DNA of 62,076 nt, filler included, from Candidatus Rokuibacteriota bacterium (GCA_031406795.1; 5 parts of 5 records of this genome joined end to end with filler, not necessarily neighbours in it); one strand, 5' to 3'. Positions 8,190 through 20,100 are shown, counted from the whole stretch's first letter. Numbers and translations: made by a program. The notes: generated from the letters alone by a model not told the origin.

Positions 8190-9470
8190 ATGAAATTCGT
8201 CAAATTGGCTTTGCCGTTGCTGATCGTCGGCTTGTCGGCGTTTCTGTGCTTTCACATCATTTCACAGTCCTTTTCCTGCCAGCGGAACAAGAATGACTAT
8301 GCCGAACTCAACCACGTGAAGTACGGACTGTTCAGCGTCGACGAATGGAAACGACAGATATCCGCGATCCTCATCGAAGAAATCAACAAACTGTCGCTTT
8401 CGGAGGCGAATGAACAGGAGCTGCGAAAACATGTCGAAGTTCAGTTGAACACGCTGATCGACAATGTCGACAAGAAGATCCGGCAGGCGAATTCCGGCTC
8501 CGCCGGCGGCTGGGTCAAACAATCCCTGATGAACATCTTCGTCAGTCTGGAAGACATCAAGAAGGGTATCCCCGAGTATGCGGATGGGGTCATCCGTGAG
8601 GTGACGAAAGCGAAGACGACGGGTCGGATCAGGCTGGCACTGAACGAACAGTTGAAAATCGTCGTCGCGCAGACCTTCGAGGCCCAGGACAAGACCCGCC
8701 TGCGGCGCATCCTGTACCGGACCGATGCCAAGGACATCCGGAGCGCGAGGACCAGCCTCGAGAACGCGATTGCCGTCGAGCAGGCGCTGATTGCCCGGGA
8801 GGCCATCCTGTTGATCGCGCTGTCGGCTGTCCTGTTTGCCATGTCCGGTTTCAGCAGGCAACCCCTGGCCCCGTCCCGGTACCTGTTTCTCCTCCTGTTG
8901 CTGATCATGCTGCTGCTGGTCGGGGTCACCACGCCCATGATCGACATGGAAGCGAAGATCTCGCAGATGAGTTTCGTGCTGGCGGGGTATCCGATCCAAT
9001 TCGAGAACCAGGTCCTGTATTTCCAGAGCAAGAGCATCCTGGACGTCTTCTGGATCATGATCACCCACCGGGACCTCCAGATGAAGGTGGTCGGGGTCCT
9101 GGTGATCACCTTCAGCGTTCTTTTCCCGCTGCTGAAGATCGTCTCGTCTGTCGGCTACTACTGCAACTACCGGCACGCAAGGGAGAACCCGGCGATCAGG
9201 TTCTTCGTGCTGAAATCCGGGAAATGGTCCATGGCCGATGTGCTGGTGGTGGCGATCTTCATGGCCTATATCGGCTTCAACGGGATCATCACGAGCCAGT
9301 TCGGTCAATTGAGCTCGGCGAGCCAGGAACTGGTGATCCTGACGACGAACGGCACCTCCCTCCAGCCGGGGTATTACCTCTTCCTGAGCTACACGCTGCT
9401 GGCGTTGTTCCTGTCCGGGTTCCTGTCCCGAACCAGCCGGGCACCCGAGCGCGCACCGGCAGACGCCTGA
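8190..9470 (+). CDS. paraquat-inducible protein A (PqiA) domain membrane protein
   Basis: C-terminal FSVLFPLLK..GKWSMADVLVVAIFMAYIGF PqiA signature after a long helical N-terminal region. Confidence 0.75.
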   Translation: MKFVKLALPLLIVGLSAFLCFHIISQSFSCQRNKNDYAELNHVKYGLFSVDEWKRQISAILIEEINKLSLSEANEQELRKHVEVQLNTLIDNVDKKIRQANSGSAGGWVKQSLMNIFVSLEDIKKGIPEYADGVIREVTKAKTTGRIRLALNEQLKIVVAQTFEAQDKTRLRRILYRTDAKDIRSARTSLENAIAVEQALIAREAILLIALSAVLFAMSGFSRQPLAPSRYLFLLLLLIMLLLVGVTTPMIDMEAKISQMSFVLAGYPIQFENQVLYFQSKSILDVFWIMITHRDLQMKVVGVLVITFSVLFPLLKIVSSVGYYCNYRHARENPAIRFFVLKSGKWSMADVLVVAIFMAYIGFNGIITSQFGQLSSASQELVILTTNGTSLQPGYYLFLSYTLLALFLSGFLSRTSRAPERAPADA

Positions 9471-9556
9471 TGGGGATGGTCAACGGTCAATCGAGAAAAG
9501 AGGCCCAGGTGGTTGAAGGTTTCGCAGAGAGTTCCCGTGCGCTCCCGGATGCAGCC

Positions 9557-10738
9557 ATGAACTCACAAAATCCGGTCATACTCTGCGTCGACGACATCGA
9601 GGCGAATCTCGAGCTGCTCGAGAGCATCCTCCTGCCGCGGGGTTACACGGTCGTCAGCGCGGCAGGCGGGAAAGACGCTTTGGGGAAGCTCAGAAATCAG
9701 GCGATCGACCTCGTGCTTCTGGATGTCATGATGCCGGGGATGGATGGCTTCGAGGTCTGCCGCCAGATCAAGAATGACGAGAAACTCCGGAGCATACCGG
9801 TCATCATGATTACCGCACTGGCCGCGAAGGAAGACCGGATTCGCGGTATCGAGGCCGGGGCGGAGGAGTTCCTGTCGAAGCCTTTCGACCAGACGGAGGC
9901 GCTCGCCAGGATCAAGATGCTGTTGAAGGTGAAGGAACTCGACGACGAACGAACGCGGGCGGCACAGGCGCTGCAAGTATCCAATGACCGACTCCGGGAG
10001 CTCGAAGCGCTGCGGGACAGCCTGGTCCACATGGTCATTCACGACCTGCGCAACCCGCTGACGGTCATCATCAACTTCGCCCATTTTCTTGAAACCGCCG
10101 AACGGGAGCAGCTCTCCGAGAAAGGCCGGAAATACGTCGGGTACATCATAAAATCCACCGACTTTCTGATCGAGATGACCAGCTCGATGCTCGATGTGAG
10201 CAAGATGGAGTCCGGCCAGATGCAGCTGAAGCTCGAGGCCTGCGATCTCGGGGCGATCGCCCGCGAGGTCGTCTCGCGGCTGGAAGCCCTGAAAGGCAAG
10301 ACTCAGATCACGCTGGCCCCGCCCGGGCAGCCGGTTCACGTGATTGGCGATGCGCAGCTCTTGTCGCGGCTGTTCCAGAATCTCGTCGGCAACGCCCTCA
10401 AATTCGTGCCCGCGGATACCGGCAGCATCGACATCGCGGTGGAATCGAAAGGCGGCCGGATCCGGTGTGCCGTCCGGGACAACGGGCCCGGCATCCCCCC
10501 CGAGCACCAGGAGAAGGTCTTCGACAAGTTCTGGCAGGCGCAGGCCCGGGAGCAGGGGTTCAAGTATTCGAGCGGGCTGGGGCTGACTTTCTGCAAGATG
10601 GTCGTCGGGGCGCACGGTGGCAGGATCGGGGTCGAAAGCGCGGTTGGCGCGGGGAGCACTTTCTGGTTCGAACTGCCGCAGGACGGACCGCCACCAGTAC
10701 CGCAGGCAGGACAGCAGGAACAAGGGAGTCCCGGCTAA
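9557..10738 (+). CDS. hybrid response regulator / sensor histidine kinase (REC-HisKA-HATPase)
   Basis: ILCVDD..LLDVMMPGMDG..KPF receiver; HDLRNPL H-box; NLVGNALKF, DNGPGI, GLGL; alternative in-frame start at 9470. Confidence 0.9.
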   Translation: MNSQNPVILCVDDIEANLELLESILLPRGYTVVSAAGGKDALGKLRNQAIDLVLLDVMMPGMDGFEVCRQIKNDEKLRSIPVIMITALAAKEDRIRGIEAGAEEFLSKPFDQTEALARIKMLLKVKELDDERTRAAQALQVSNDRLRELEALRDSLVHMVIHDLRNPLTVIINFAHFLETAEREQLSEKGRKYVGYIIKSTDFLIEMTSSMLDVSKMESGQMQLKLEACDLGAIAREVVSRLEALKGKTQITLAPPGQPVHVIGDAQLLSRLFQNLVGNALKFVPADTGSIDIAVESKGGRIRCAVRDNGPGIPPEHQEKVFDKFWQAQAREQGFKYSSGLGLTFCKMVVGAHGGRIGVESAVGAGSTFWFELPQDGPPPVPQAGQQEQGSPG

Positions 10739-12825
10739 AACGCCATCCAGACGCTGAAGTGCCAGGCGAAGCTCGCTTCCCGTTCGGACGCGCGCGGGGC
10801 GGGGTTCCAGGCCAGATCGAGGCGCACGGGGCCGACGGGGGTCAGGTACTGGAAGCCGACGCCGATGCCGGCCCGAAAGTCCCGAAGGTAGTCCTTCCAC
10901 ATGACATCGGCGAGTTCCGCGGTGCTCACCAGGGCCGGATCGACATCCGCAAGCGAACGGTTCGGCGAGACATTGCCGAAGTCCGCGAAGACGCTGGCGG
11001 CGAAATTGCCGTAGATGCGTCGGCGCACCTCGAGCCCCGCGACCGTCGAGGCCAGGCCCCCCAGCGGATCGCCCGAAGCGCCCTTCGGCCCGAGCTGCTG
11101 CTCCTCGAAGCTGCGCACGCTGCTGTCCCCGCCGGTGAAAAAGCGCTCACCGACCGGAATGGCCTCGTTGCCCCGGCTCGGCACGACGAAACCCGAGTCC
11201 AGCCGCAGTCCCAGGACGAGGCCCGCGCCGAGCCCCTGAAAGTATTTCACCGCGGCCGTGCAGCGCAGGAAATCCAGCGTGCCGCCGATCCGCTGATCCG
11301 CGACCTCGACGGCCAGACCGCTCTGCCAGCCGCGCGACGGGTAGAACACGTCGTTGCGCCGGTCGATGTCGAAGTTGACTTTGACGCTGGCGGAACTGTA
11401 GCGCTCATCCCGGGCGTCGGCGGGGACGTCGGGGGAGAGCCGGGAGAGGTCATTGAAGCGAATCCCGTACCGCAACCCGGCCGTGACCCGGCCGGGGAAC
11501 AGGCGGTAGAGCCGCAGGGCCAGTTCCACTTCATCTTCGGTGTAGGCCGGCTCCTCCCGGAAGCGCCAGGAGAGCGGGAGGCTCAGCGAAAAATCGCTGC
11601 CGAGCACCCGCGGGTCGAGAACGTCGGCTTTCACGAACCAGCTTTTCAGCGAGACGCCCGCCTCGGCCCCGGCGCCGCGCATGGTGCCGAAGACGTTGCG
11701 GTCGCGGAAGCTGACGCGGCCGCGCAGCTGCTCGTAGGCGCCCCACCCGGCCTCCACGGCCAGCTCGCGGCCCCGAGCCTCTTCGACCTCAATCCGCAGC
11801 ACGCGCTCGGCGCCTTCCCCGACGAGGGAGTGGCCGACGCGCGAGAAGACGCCCGTGCGGTACAGATCCCGGAAACCGCCGAGCAACGCGGTCTCGTTGA
11901 ACCATTCGCCCTTGCGGACCGGGATGCGGGAGAGGATGAACCAGTTCCGCGTCCGCTTGTTGCCGACGACCTCGACCCGGCTGATCCGCACCCGCGGCCC
12001 GCTGGCGACCGTGACCCGGAGCACGACGTCGCCGGGCAGCTCTCCCGGCTCCTCGCGTACGACGGCCGCGGCGTCCGGGTAGCCCTGCGCGGTGAAGACC
12101 TCGGTCACGCCGTTGCCCAGGATCAGCGCCCGCCGCGGGTAGAACGGCTGCCCCGGCAGGCTGGACGCCAGCTTCGCGAGACCCGGGCCGGCATCGGGCA
12201 GGGCGTCGCCCTCGAGCAGCACGGCCGCGATCATCAGGCGGGTCCCCTCGTCGATCTCGAACAGCACGTCGGCGACGCTGCGGTCGGAGCGCAGCGTGAT
12301 CAGCGGCTCCCCGATCTTCACGTCCGCGAATCCCTCTTCCCGATAGCGCTGGACCAGCGATTGCCGGCCGGCGCGCAGGTCGGCCTCCACGTACGGGGCC
12401 CGGCCTTTCCCCGTGAGATACGGAAGCAGCTGGGCCGCGGTGAAGAACGCGTTCCCCGAGAAGGAGACCTCCCCCAGACGCACCAGGGGACCTTCGGCGA
12501 CCTTGAAGACCACGACGGTGTCGCTCCCCTCGCCCGCAATCGCGTGCTCGACCTCGATGAACGCGTAGCCCTTCCGGCGGCCAACGCCTTCCATCTGGAA
12601 GCCGGCATCTTCGGCGGCGGCCGCTCGTCGCGCCGGCTCCTCCAGCCCCGCCAGCTCGGCGGTGGCCGCCTCACGCAGGTGCCGCGTGCTGATGGCAGCA
12701 TTCCCCTCGATGCGCACCACCGTCGCCGCCCGCGCAGCCGGCGCGACGCTGAGCGCGGCGGCCAGGAGCAGTGCAGCCCTCCGGGCGCTCCTCGCTGAAA
12801 ACATCGCTGTTCCCCCGCCTCTCAT
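10735..12825 (-). CDS. tamA: BamA/TamA family outer-membrane protein (POTRA + Omp85 barrel)
   Basis: POTRA repeats (IEGNAAIS, FSGNAFF, VVGNKRT), ERFFTGGDSSVRSF, YLTPVGPVRLDLA, C-terminal Phe; ATGA overlap with tamB. Confidence 0.85.
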   Translation of the reverse strand: MRGGGTAMFSARSARRAALLLAAALSVAPAARAATVVRIEGNAAISTRHLREAATAELAGLEEPARRAAAAEDAGFQMEGVGRRKGYAFIEVEHAIAGEGSDTVVVFKVAEGPLVRLGEVSFSGNAFFTAAQLLPYLTGKGRAPYVEADLRAGRQSLVQRYREEGFADVKIGEPLITLRSDRSVADVLFEIDEGTRLMIAAVLLEGDALPDAGPGLAKLASSLPGQPFYPRRALILGNGVTEVFTAQGYPDAAAVVREEPGELPGDVVLRVTVASGPRVRISRVEVVGNKRTRNWFILSRIPVRKGEWFNETALLGGFRDLYRTGVFSRVGHSLVGEGAERVLRIEVEEARGRELAVEAGWGAYEQLRGRVSFRDRNVFGTMRGAGAEAGVSLKSWFVKADVLDPRVLGSDFSLSLPLSWRFREEPAYTEDEVELALRLYRLFPGRVTAGLRYGIRFNDLSRLSPDVPADARDERYSSASVKVNFDIDRRNDVFYPSRGWQSGLAVEVADQRIGGTLDFLRCTAAVKYFQGLGAGLVLGLRLDSGFVVPSRGNEAIPVGERFFTGGDSSVRSFEEQQLGPKGASGDPLGGLASTVAGLEVRRRIYGNFAASVFADFGNVSPNRSLADVDPALVSTAELADVMWKDYLRDFRAGIGVGFQYLTPVGPVRLDLAWNPAPRASEREASFAWHFSVWMAF

Positions 12826-15800
12826 TTGAACTTGAAGAGGATTCTCATCCCGGCGTTGTACTGATCGTAGATGTCCTTCTCGCTCGTGACGTACAAGGTG
12901 CTGTTGCGGCCGATCGGATTCTTCTGCAGCAGCAGGCGTGCGTCCACGGTCACGCTCCCGCTCCGGGTCAGCTCCCGGCCGATCTGCAACTCGATCCGGT
13001 CCTGGAGCGCGGTCTTTCCGGATTTTGACTGGCCCCCGAGAATCTGGCCGATGACGTTCTTGCCGAGGTACAGGGCCATCGGGGTCGCCAGGGAGGAGAC
13101 GGAGCCGCCCTCCGCGCTCCAGCTCCCCGGAGGCGCGCCGGTGAGTGCGAAGAGCAGCAGTTCCTCCTTCGGCAGGGGGGGGATTGAGGAGAGAATGATC
13201 TCCGGGGTGGCGAGGGTGCCGCCGATCTGGGCGGTGATCTCATAACCCAGCGTCTGCATCCGGCCGCCGAAATCGAGCGCGGGGCGGTCCGGGTCGCCTT
13301 CACGATACAGTACCGTGCCGCGTTCGATTTCGAGATTCCCCGAGGGGAGCATCACCCGGGCGGTATCGACAAGGATCGGTCCGCTCAGGATCGGCAGCAG
13401 GCCCGTCCCGGTGAGCCGCAGGTCGGGTCGGGCGGTACCGCGCACGACCGTGGTCCTGATCTCGAAGGGTTCGCGGGCGGTCAGACGCACGTCGAAGCGC
13501 ATGTTTCGCAGCGGCGGTTCGGGGAAGGAGATCCCGGCGAGACCCGGGCTCGGGCGTCTTGCCGACTTGTCCTCACGTGAAAAAAGGCTCGCGACGGTGA
13601 TGTCTTTCTGGTAGAGGCTCTTGGTCAGGGCCAGTTCGCCCGTCAGCGAGAGCGCGCTCAGCGGTCCGCGCAGCGTCAGATCGCTGTCGGCCCTGACCCG
13701 CAGCCCCTCGTCGCGGTACAGAAGAACGTTCGTGCCCAGGAGCCGCAGGTCGAGGTCAGGGTCGTCGGGGTGGGAAAAATCCAGGGACCCGGCGAGCGTG
13801 AATGGCGATCCGCCGATGTTGCCGCCGAACTCCCTCAGGGTCACGCGCCGCCGCGCCACGGTTGCCCGGGCGTTGAGGGAGTCGATCGGCGGCAGATCTT
13901 TGTAGCGGAATTCCCCACCCGCGATACGGATCTCCCCGGAGAGGACCGGGTCGCCGGCCGGCCCGTCGATCGCAATCTCGCCCGCCATGCTCCCGTACAG
14001 TCCCCGGAGCCCCGCCACCGATTTCCGCAGCCACCCGACATCCGGGGAGCTGAAGGAGGTGCGGAGGGCGAGCGATCCCGTCGCCGCGGCGCCGAGGTCG
14101 GCGAAGAGCGACGGGAGCGACGGCGGCGAGAACCACGCGCCCGACAGGGAGCATGAGAGCGCCGGCGATTCGAGCCGCACCTTCTCGGCCCGCGCCTCGG
14201 CGGTGCCCCAGGTCAGGGTTCCCGCAAGCGTAAAGGGGTCCGGCGGGGCGAAGCGGGTCCCGGGGGGGAACTGCAGCCGCTCCCCCTGGATTTCCAGGCG
14301 GGCTGCGGGTTCCTTCCAGGATCCGGTGACGACGACATCGGCCCGCAGCCTCCCCGTGACGGCATATGCCGGCGGGACGAGGAAGGACAATTCCTCCAGG
14401 GAGGGGATGCTCGCCTGAGCCCGGAGGGAGAGGGGACCGGGGCCAAAAATGGCCTCCGCGGTCAGATCCAGGGGAATGGTGCCCTCGCCCTTCACCGCCA
14501 GGCCCCCCGTTCCGGCCACGTCGAACGCACTGAGGCGCAGCAGACCGGGAGCGTATCGCGCCTTGAGGATGCCCCGAACTTCCCGCATGCTGCCGATGCG
14601 CCCCCCGGTGAACTCCGCCTCGACGGCGATCGGCGAGGCCGGCAGCGGCCCCGCGGCCCGCAGCCCGATGTGCAAACGGCCCGCCACGGGGATTCCCTCG
14701 CGCACGAACTCCGCGAGATACGGTGCCACGTCCGCGATCGCGATGTCGGCTTCCGCTTCGAGCACCTGCTTGTTCCGCAAGTCGTAGGCGCCCCGCCCGA
14801 GAAGCCGATCTGCGCCGCGGGTGACCTCGAGCGTCTCGATCTTCAACCGTTGCGGCTCTGCCGTGGCCTTGAGGACCACGTCGCCGACGCGCCGACCGCG
14901 GATGGAGATTCCCCGGCCGGAAACCTCCATCCGGCCGCCGGGCGCTCCCCGGGTCCCGGAGATCCGCGCCTGGCCTTTGAGCGTGCCCTGCAGCGGCGGC
15001 AGATCGAAGATCGTCGCGAGCGGTCCGAGGTCGGGGAGGTCGACCTCCAGTTCGCCGCCGATCGTCGTCTCCATCCTCCAGTCCGCCGTGCGAGGGGGCA
15101 GGACGACTCGCGCAGCTCGAAGGGTGACCGCCCCCCCCGCCGCGGCGAAGGATCCCGCGGCGATTGCGAGCGCTCTGCCCCGAACCGTCCCCGTCGCCGT
15201 CAGAAGGTGTTTCGCAGGCGTCCTGGCTGATAATTCCGGCGAGACTCCCACCAGGGCCGCCAGGGCAGGGAGATCGGCGGCGCTGAGCGCGAACGAACCG
15301 GAAAGGCTGTCGAGGACAGCGTCGAGGTCGGCGGCTGCGAGCGCGGCCGGCGAGAACACGACGTTCTGCGCGGTGAAGTGATTGCCCCCTTGCCGCACCT
15401 GCAGCGTGGGGATCTCGATCCTCCCCCCGGAAGCCCGCGCCTCCAGATCCACGTCCCCGAGCGTCTTTCCCGCGACCCTGACCCCCCGGCCCCGGAGCGA
15501 AACGCCGCCCTCCGGGTGTGCGAAGCTGCCCGCGCCGGAGATCTCGCCCCGGAGAGACCCGCTCAGGGGAGGCACCGGAAAGAGCGCCGACACGTCCGTC
15601 AAGTTCGGGATATCGACGGTTGCCTTGCCGCTGAAGGCGGTCTCCCCCCACCCCTGCCCCTCGGGCGGGAAGCTCATCGTGAGTGCAGCGAACGTCGCCT
15701 TCCCGGCTCGGGTCGCGAGGTCCGCCCGCGCGAACTGGAGCCGCCCCTTCTCCAGGGATCCCTCCAGCTGCAGCCGATGCGCAGGTACCGCGACGGAGCC

Positions 15801-17003
15801 AGTGCCCGCGCCGACACCCCAGAGGGCGAGGAAGGCCGGCACATCCCCGAGCCCTGCGGTGAAGGCTCCCGAGGACCCGGCGAGGAGCGCGCGCCAGCGA
15901 CCTTCAAAGAGGGGTGCGGCGGGGAGGCTGACCTGATGCAGTTGGATTTCGTTGGGTCCGATGAGTCCTTCAGCGCGCTCCACGAGCACCACGCCCGGCG
16001 CCGCGGAGCCCTCGAGTATCAGGTGATCCACCTCGCGCCCGGCGAGCAGGGCTCCCGTCCAGTCCAGCGTGAGCTTGCCGGTGAGCGTCGCCACCCCACC
16101 GCCGCCGAGTCGCACCTCGCCGCCCGTCGAAAGTCGCCCGCGCAGGGCGCCGAGAGCCGGGTTGACGAGGAGCAACTGCGGCTGCAGATCGACGCCGCGC
16201 GCATTCCAGTGCGCCTCGGTCCCGGCGGGACTCCGGAGCATCCCGAACTCGATCGTGCCCTGCCAGAGCCTGAGGGCGAGCTGCAGGTCGAAATCCCCCC
16301 GGCGTTCCCCGAAGTCAAGGCGGGCGCGCTCCACGAGCGGCTCGCCGTTCACCTGCGCCGCGGTGATCGACAGCCGCCGCGGCTCGTAGCGCCCCGCGAT
16401 TGCCAGCGAGATGGTTCCCTCCCGCAGCGAGGGATGCCGCAGCGAGAAGCGCTCGGCCTGGAGATCCACGGACTGCTCCTGCGCCCGATTGGCGCGCCCC
16501 ACCAGACCCTGCAGCCCGTCGGCCTCGAGGGTGTAGCCCGGGCCGACCACGCGCAGCAGGGAATTGCGCACCCTCAGCTGCGGCAATCGGGGCAATGAAG
16601 ATCCGCCGGCCGGCTTCGCCGCGTTCGAACCGGCGGCTGCCGGGGCAGTCAGATCGAGGACGATCCGTGCCCCGTCGACGGTCACCTCGAGCGAATCGAG
16701 GAAGGCCTCTCTGCCGCGCAGCAGGGACGCGAGAGAGTAACGGGCGCTGATGCGCTCGGCCGCGAATGCGGCGAGGGGCGCCCCGGCCTCCCCGCGCGCG
16801 TCCAACCCCCGGACGACCAGACCGGTCGCGAGGGTTCCCCCGACCTGCGCAACCGTGGCGTGCAGACCGAGCGTCTGGCGCAGAACGATGACCATGAGCG
16901 GATCAAGCAGGGGGCCGCGAAAAACCGCAGCCAGGAGCAGGACCAGAAGAACGCCACCGCCGACCAGGATCCGGCCGCGTGCGCCGGGAGAAGAAAAGAC
17001 CAT
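12822..17003 (-). CDS. tamB: translocation/assembly module TamB (DUF490) protein
   Basis: N-terminal TM anchor, long beta-taco-like repeats, C-terminal GTLATPEIILSSIPPLPKEELL; directly upstream of tamA. Confidence 0.8.
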   Translation of the reverse strand: MVFSSPGARGRILVGGGVLLVLLLAAVFRGPLLDPLMVIVLRQTLGLHATVAQVGGTLATGLVVRGLDARGEAGAPLAAFAAERISARYSLASLLRGREAFLDSLEVTVDGARIVLDLTAPAAAGSNAAKPAGGSSLPRLPQLRVRNSLLRVVGPGYTLEADGLQGLVGRANRAQEQSVDLQAERFSLRHPSLREGTISLAIAGRYEPRRLSITAAQVNGEPLVERARLDFGERRGDFDLQLALRLWQGTIEFGMLRSPAGTEAHWNARGVDLQPQLLLVNPALGALRGRLSTGGEVRLGGGGVATLTGKLTLDWTGALLAGREVDHLILEGSAAPGVVLVERAEGLIGPNEIQLHQVSLPAAPLFEGRWRALLAGSSGAFTAGLGDVPAFLALWGVGAGTGSVAVPAHRLQLEGSLEKGRLQFARADLATRAGKATFAALTMSFPPEGQGWGETAFSGKATVDIPNLTDVSALFPVPPLSGSLRGEISGAGSFAHPEGGVSLRGRGVRVAGKTLGDVDLEARASGGRIEIPTLQVRQGGNHFTAQNVVFSPAALAAADLDAVLDSLSGSFALSAADLPALAALVGVSPELSARTPAKHLLTATGTVRGRALAIAAGSFAAAGGAVTLRAARVVLPPRTADWRMETTIGGELEVDLPDLGPLATIFDLPPLQGTLKGQARISGTRGAPGGRMEVSGRGISIRGRRVGDVVLKATAEPQRLKIETLEVTRGADRLLGRGAYDLRNKQVLEAEADIAIADVAPYLAEFVREGIPVAGRLHIGLRAAGPLPASPIAVEAEFTGGRIGSMREVRGILKARYAPGLLRLSAFDVAGTGGLAVKGEGTIPLDLTAEAIFGPGPLSLRAQASIPSLEELSFLVPPAYAVTGRLRADVVVTGSWKEPAARLEIQGERLQFPPGTRFAPPDPFTLAGTLTWGTAEARAEKVRLESPALSCSLSGAWFSPPSLPSLFADLGAAATGSLALRTSFSSPDVGWLRKSVAGLRGLYGSMAGEIAIDGPAGDPVLSGEIRIAGGEFRYKDLPPIDSLNARATVARRRVTLREFGGNIGGSPFTLAGSLDFSHPDDPDLDLRLLGTNVLLYRDEGLRVRADSDLTLRGPLSALSLTGELALTKSLYQKDITVASLFSREDKSARRPSPGLAGISFPEPPLRNMRFDVRLTAREPFEIRTTVVRGTARPDLRLTGTGLLPILSGPILVDTARVMLPSGNLEIERGTVLYREGDPDRPALDFGGRMQTLGYEITAQIGGTLATPEIILSSIPPLPKEELLLFALTGAPPGSWSAEGGSVSSLATPMALYLGKNVIGQILGGQSKSGKTALQDRIELQIGRELTRSGSVTVDARLLLQKNPIGRNSTLYVTSEKDIYDQYNAGMRILFKFK

Positions 17004-17173
17004 TCGTTTTGCCGTGGGCCGCTCCTTGTATTCGCGCACGACGACGAACGCCGGCGAACTGAATGCGCCGCGATGCGCCCTCGCACGGCGGCCGCAATCC
17101 GCATTCATCCTGCCACGAGCATCGGCGGGTGGCAAGCCCGGCGCCGGTTGCGTCGACGGCTTTCAGCGACCGG

Positions 17174-20100
17174 CTAGGCTCCTGGAGCCAGCCTGACCTC
17201 GACTTCATGCTCCTGATGGTCGTCGACGAGCGCAATCGCCCCGTCGGGTTGCTCGACGCCGTCGACGCTCAGGCCGGGGCTGCCGTCGCTCGATTGGCGC
17301 ACCGCGATGTGGTAGACGGTCTCCCGATACCGGTAGTGAATCTTGAAGGCCGGCCAATCCGCCGGGAGACACGGCGCAAGACGCAGTCGCTCCCCTTCGC
17401 GCCTCAGCCCGAGGAGTGATTCCATGATCAGCCGGTACAGCCAGCCCGCCGATCCGGTGTACCAGCTCCAGCCCCCGCGGCCGGTGTGCGGAAAGACCGC
17501 GTAGACGTCGGCGGCGACGACATACGGCTCCGCTTTGTATCTCGCGACATCTTCGGGAGATCCCGCGTGGTGTACCGGGTTGATCATGGTCAGCAGCTCC
17601 CATGCGCGGCTGCGGTCGCCCAACGCGGCGAAGGCCATCGCCGCCCAGATCGCCGCATGCGTGTATTGCCCGCCGTTCTCCCTGACCCCCGGGACGTAGC
17701 CCTTGATGTAGCCGGGATTCAGGCTCGACGTGTCGAACGGCGGGTCCAGGAGCTGGATCAGTCCCTGGTCGCGGCGAACGAGGCGCTTGTCCAGCGCATC
17801 CATGGCCGTGCGCGCGCGCCCGGCATCCCCGGCGCCCGAGAGCACCGACCAGCTCTGCGCGATCGAATCGATCTGGCATTCGGCATTGTCCGCGGAACCC
17901 AGCGGCGAGCCGTCGTCGAAGTACGCGCGGCGGTACCACCCGCCGTCCCAGCCATGCTCCTCGAGATTTCCGCGCAGCCGGGCGGCCTCCTCCCGACAGC
18001 GCCCGGAAAAGGAGAGATCGCCGCGTCGCCGCGCAATCTCGCCGAATTCCCCGAATACGGCGTGGAGGAAGAATCCCAGCCAGACGCTCTCCCCCTTGCC
18101 GTGTGCGCCGACCATGTTCATGCCGTCGTTCCAGTCACCCGTGCCGATCAGCGGCAGGCCGTGCGCGCCGCTGGTGAGGCCGCGATTGATGGCCCGCACA
18201 CAGTGCTCGTACAAGCTCGCCGCTTCCTCGGACGCGTGGGGGAGATCGTAATAGGAGTCCTCGTCCTTGCCGACCGCGCGGCCCTCGATGAAGCGGACGG
18301 TCTCGTCCAGAACTCCGGTGTCCCCGGTCGTCAGCACATAGCGGCACACCGCCAGGGGCAGCCAGAGCAGGTCGTCGGAGCAGTGCGTGCGCACGCCCCG
18401 CCCGGCGGGGGGATGCCACCAGTGCTGGACGTCCCCCTCCCTGAACTGATGGGCCGCGCTGAGCAGGAGGTGGTCGCGCACCAGCTGCGGCTCGGCGTGG
18501 ACAAGCGCCATCCCATCCTGCAGCTGGTCGCGGAAACCGAAGGCGCCCCCCGACTGGTAGTAGCCGCTGCGCGCCCAGAGGCGACAGGCCAGCGTCTGGT
18601 ACAACAGCCAGCCGTTGGCCAGCACATTGACGGAGTCATCCGGTGTTTCCACCTGCACGGCGCCGAGGGTGTGATTCCAGTAGTGCCAGACCCGTTCGAG
18701 CGCCTCGCGCGCGGCGGCGGAGCCCCGGAACCGGCGCACGAGTCGGCCGGCGTCGTATGAGTCGCGGCCGACGCCGAGCCTGAAGATGATTTCGCGTTCC
18801 TGCCCCGGGGCCAGCTCGAACGGGACCTGGATGGCGGCGCAGGGGTCCAGGGCCGCCCCCACCCTGCCGGAAAGCCGCACGCGGGTCAGCGCCGCCGGGT
18901 TCCGCAGCGAGCCGTTGCGGCCGAGGAATTCGGTCCGGTCGCCGCTCACGCTGCGGCTTGCTTCGTCCACGTCGAAAAACGCGGTCCGGTCGGCAAACTC
19001 CGTGTGGTACGGGTTGCGCCCGAAAAGCGCACCAGTCTTGGGGTCGATTTCGGTGCTGACATGCATGGCCGTCTTCGGCCGCAGATCTCCCAGCACCCAT
19101 TCCACGTATCCGGTGGCCGAGAGGCTGCGGGATCGGCCCGAGTTGTTCCGAACCTTCAGCACCGTAAACTTGATCGGTGCGTCCGGCGCCACATACACCC
19201 ACATTTCCGAGCTCACGCCGTCCTCGGTGTGCTCGAAGACGCTGTACCCGAAGCCGTGGCGGCTGACATAATGCGTCACGCCCCGGCGCGGCAGGGGCGT
19301 GGGAGACCAGTAATGACCGCTCTCTTCATCGCGCAGATAGAAAGCCTCGCCGCTGGCATCGCTGACCGGGTCGTTGTACCAGGGGGTGAGGCGGAACTCG
19401 TGAGCGTTTTCGCTCCAGGTGTAGGCACCGCCGCTCTCCGAGATGACCGTTCCGAATTGCGGGTTGGCGATCACATTGACCCAGGGCGCCGGAGTCACCT
19501 CTCCGCGCGTGGTCGTAATGACGTATTCTCGGCCATCGTGAGTGAATCCGCCGAGTCCGTTGAAGAACAGCAGATCGCTGAGCGGTATTGCCGCGGCGGT
19601 CGAGGTCGGTGCGCGCCGGCTGCGGGTCTGCGCCAGGCGCGGCACGAGCGGCGGCTCGCTGTCGCGGCGGTTGATTTGGTCCGCGAGCGCTCCGAAGCTG
19701 TCGCTGATGATGGCGCGACTGACCGTCTTGAACAGGACGCGGTCCTCGCTCGAAATCTGGTCGATGGGCCGCACGAAGATGCCGCCCGGTCGACTCGACA
19801 TGGTTGTTTCGACGCCCGCGGCGATGAGTCCCATGATCCGCTCCTGCAGCAGCTGGCGGTAACCGGCGTGGTCTTCGTTCCAGATCACCAGGTCCACCGC
19901 CAGTCCTTTGAGGCGCCAGTAGGTGTGGGCCTGCACGAGCTGGCGCACCAGTTCGATATTGGCCGGATCGCCGATCCGCAGCAGCACGATCGGGAGGTCG
20001 CCGGAGATGGCGTAGCCCCAGAGGCCGGATTGCCCGCGGCGGTTCGCGACGATCAGACCCGGGTCCGCGCGCAGCGAGGCATTGGCGTAGATCACGGAGC

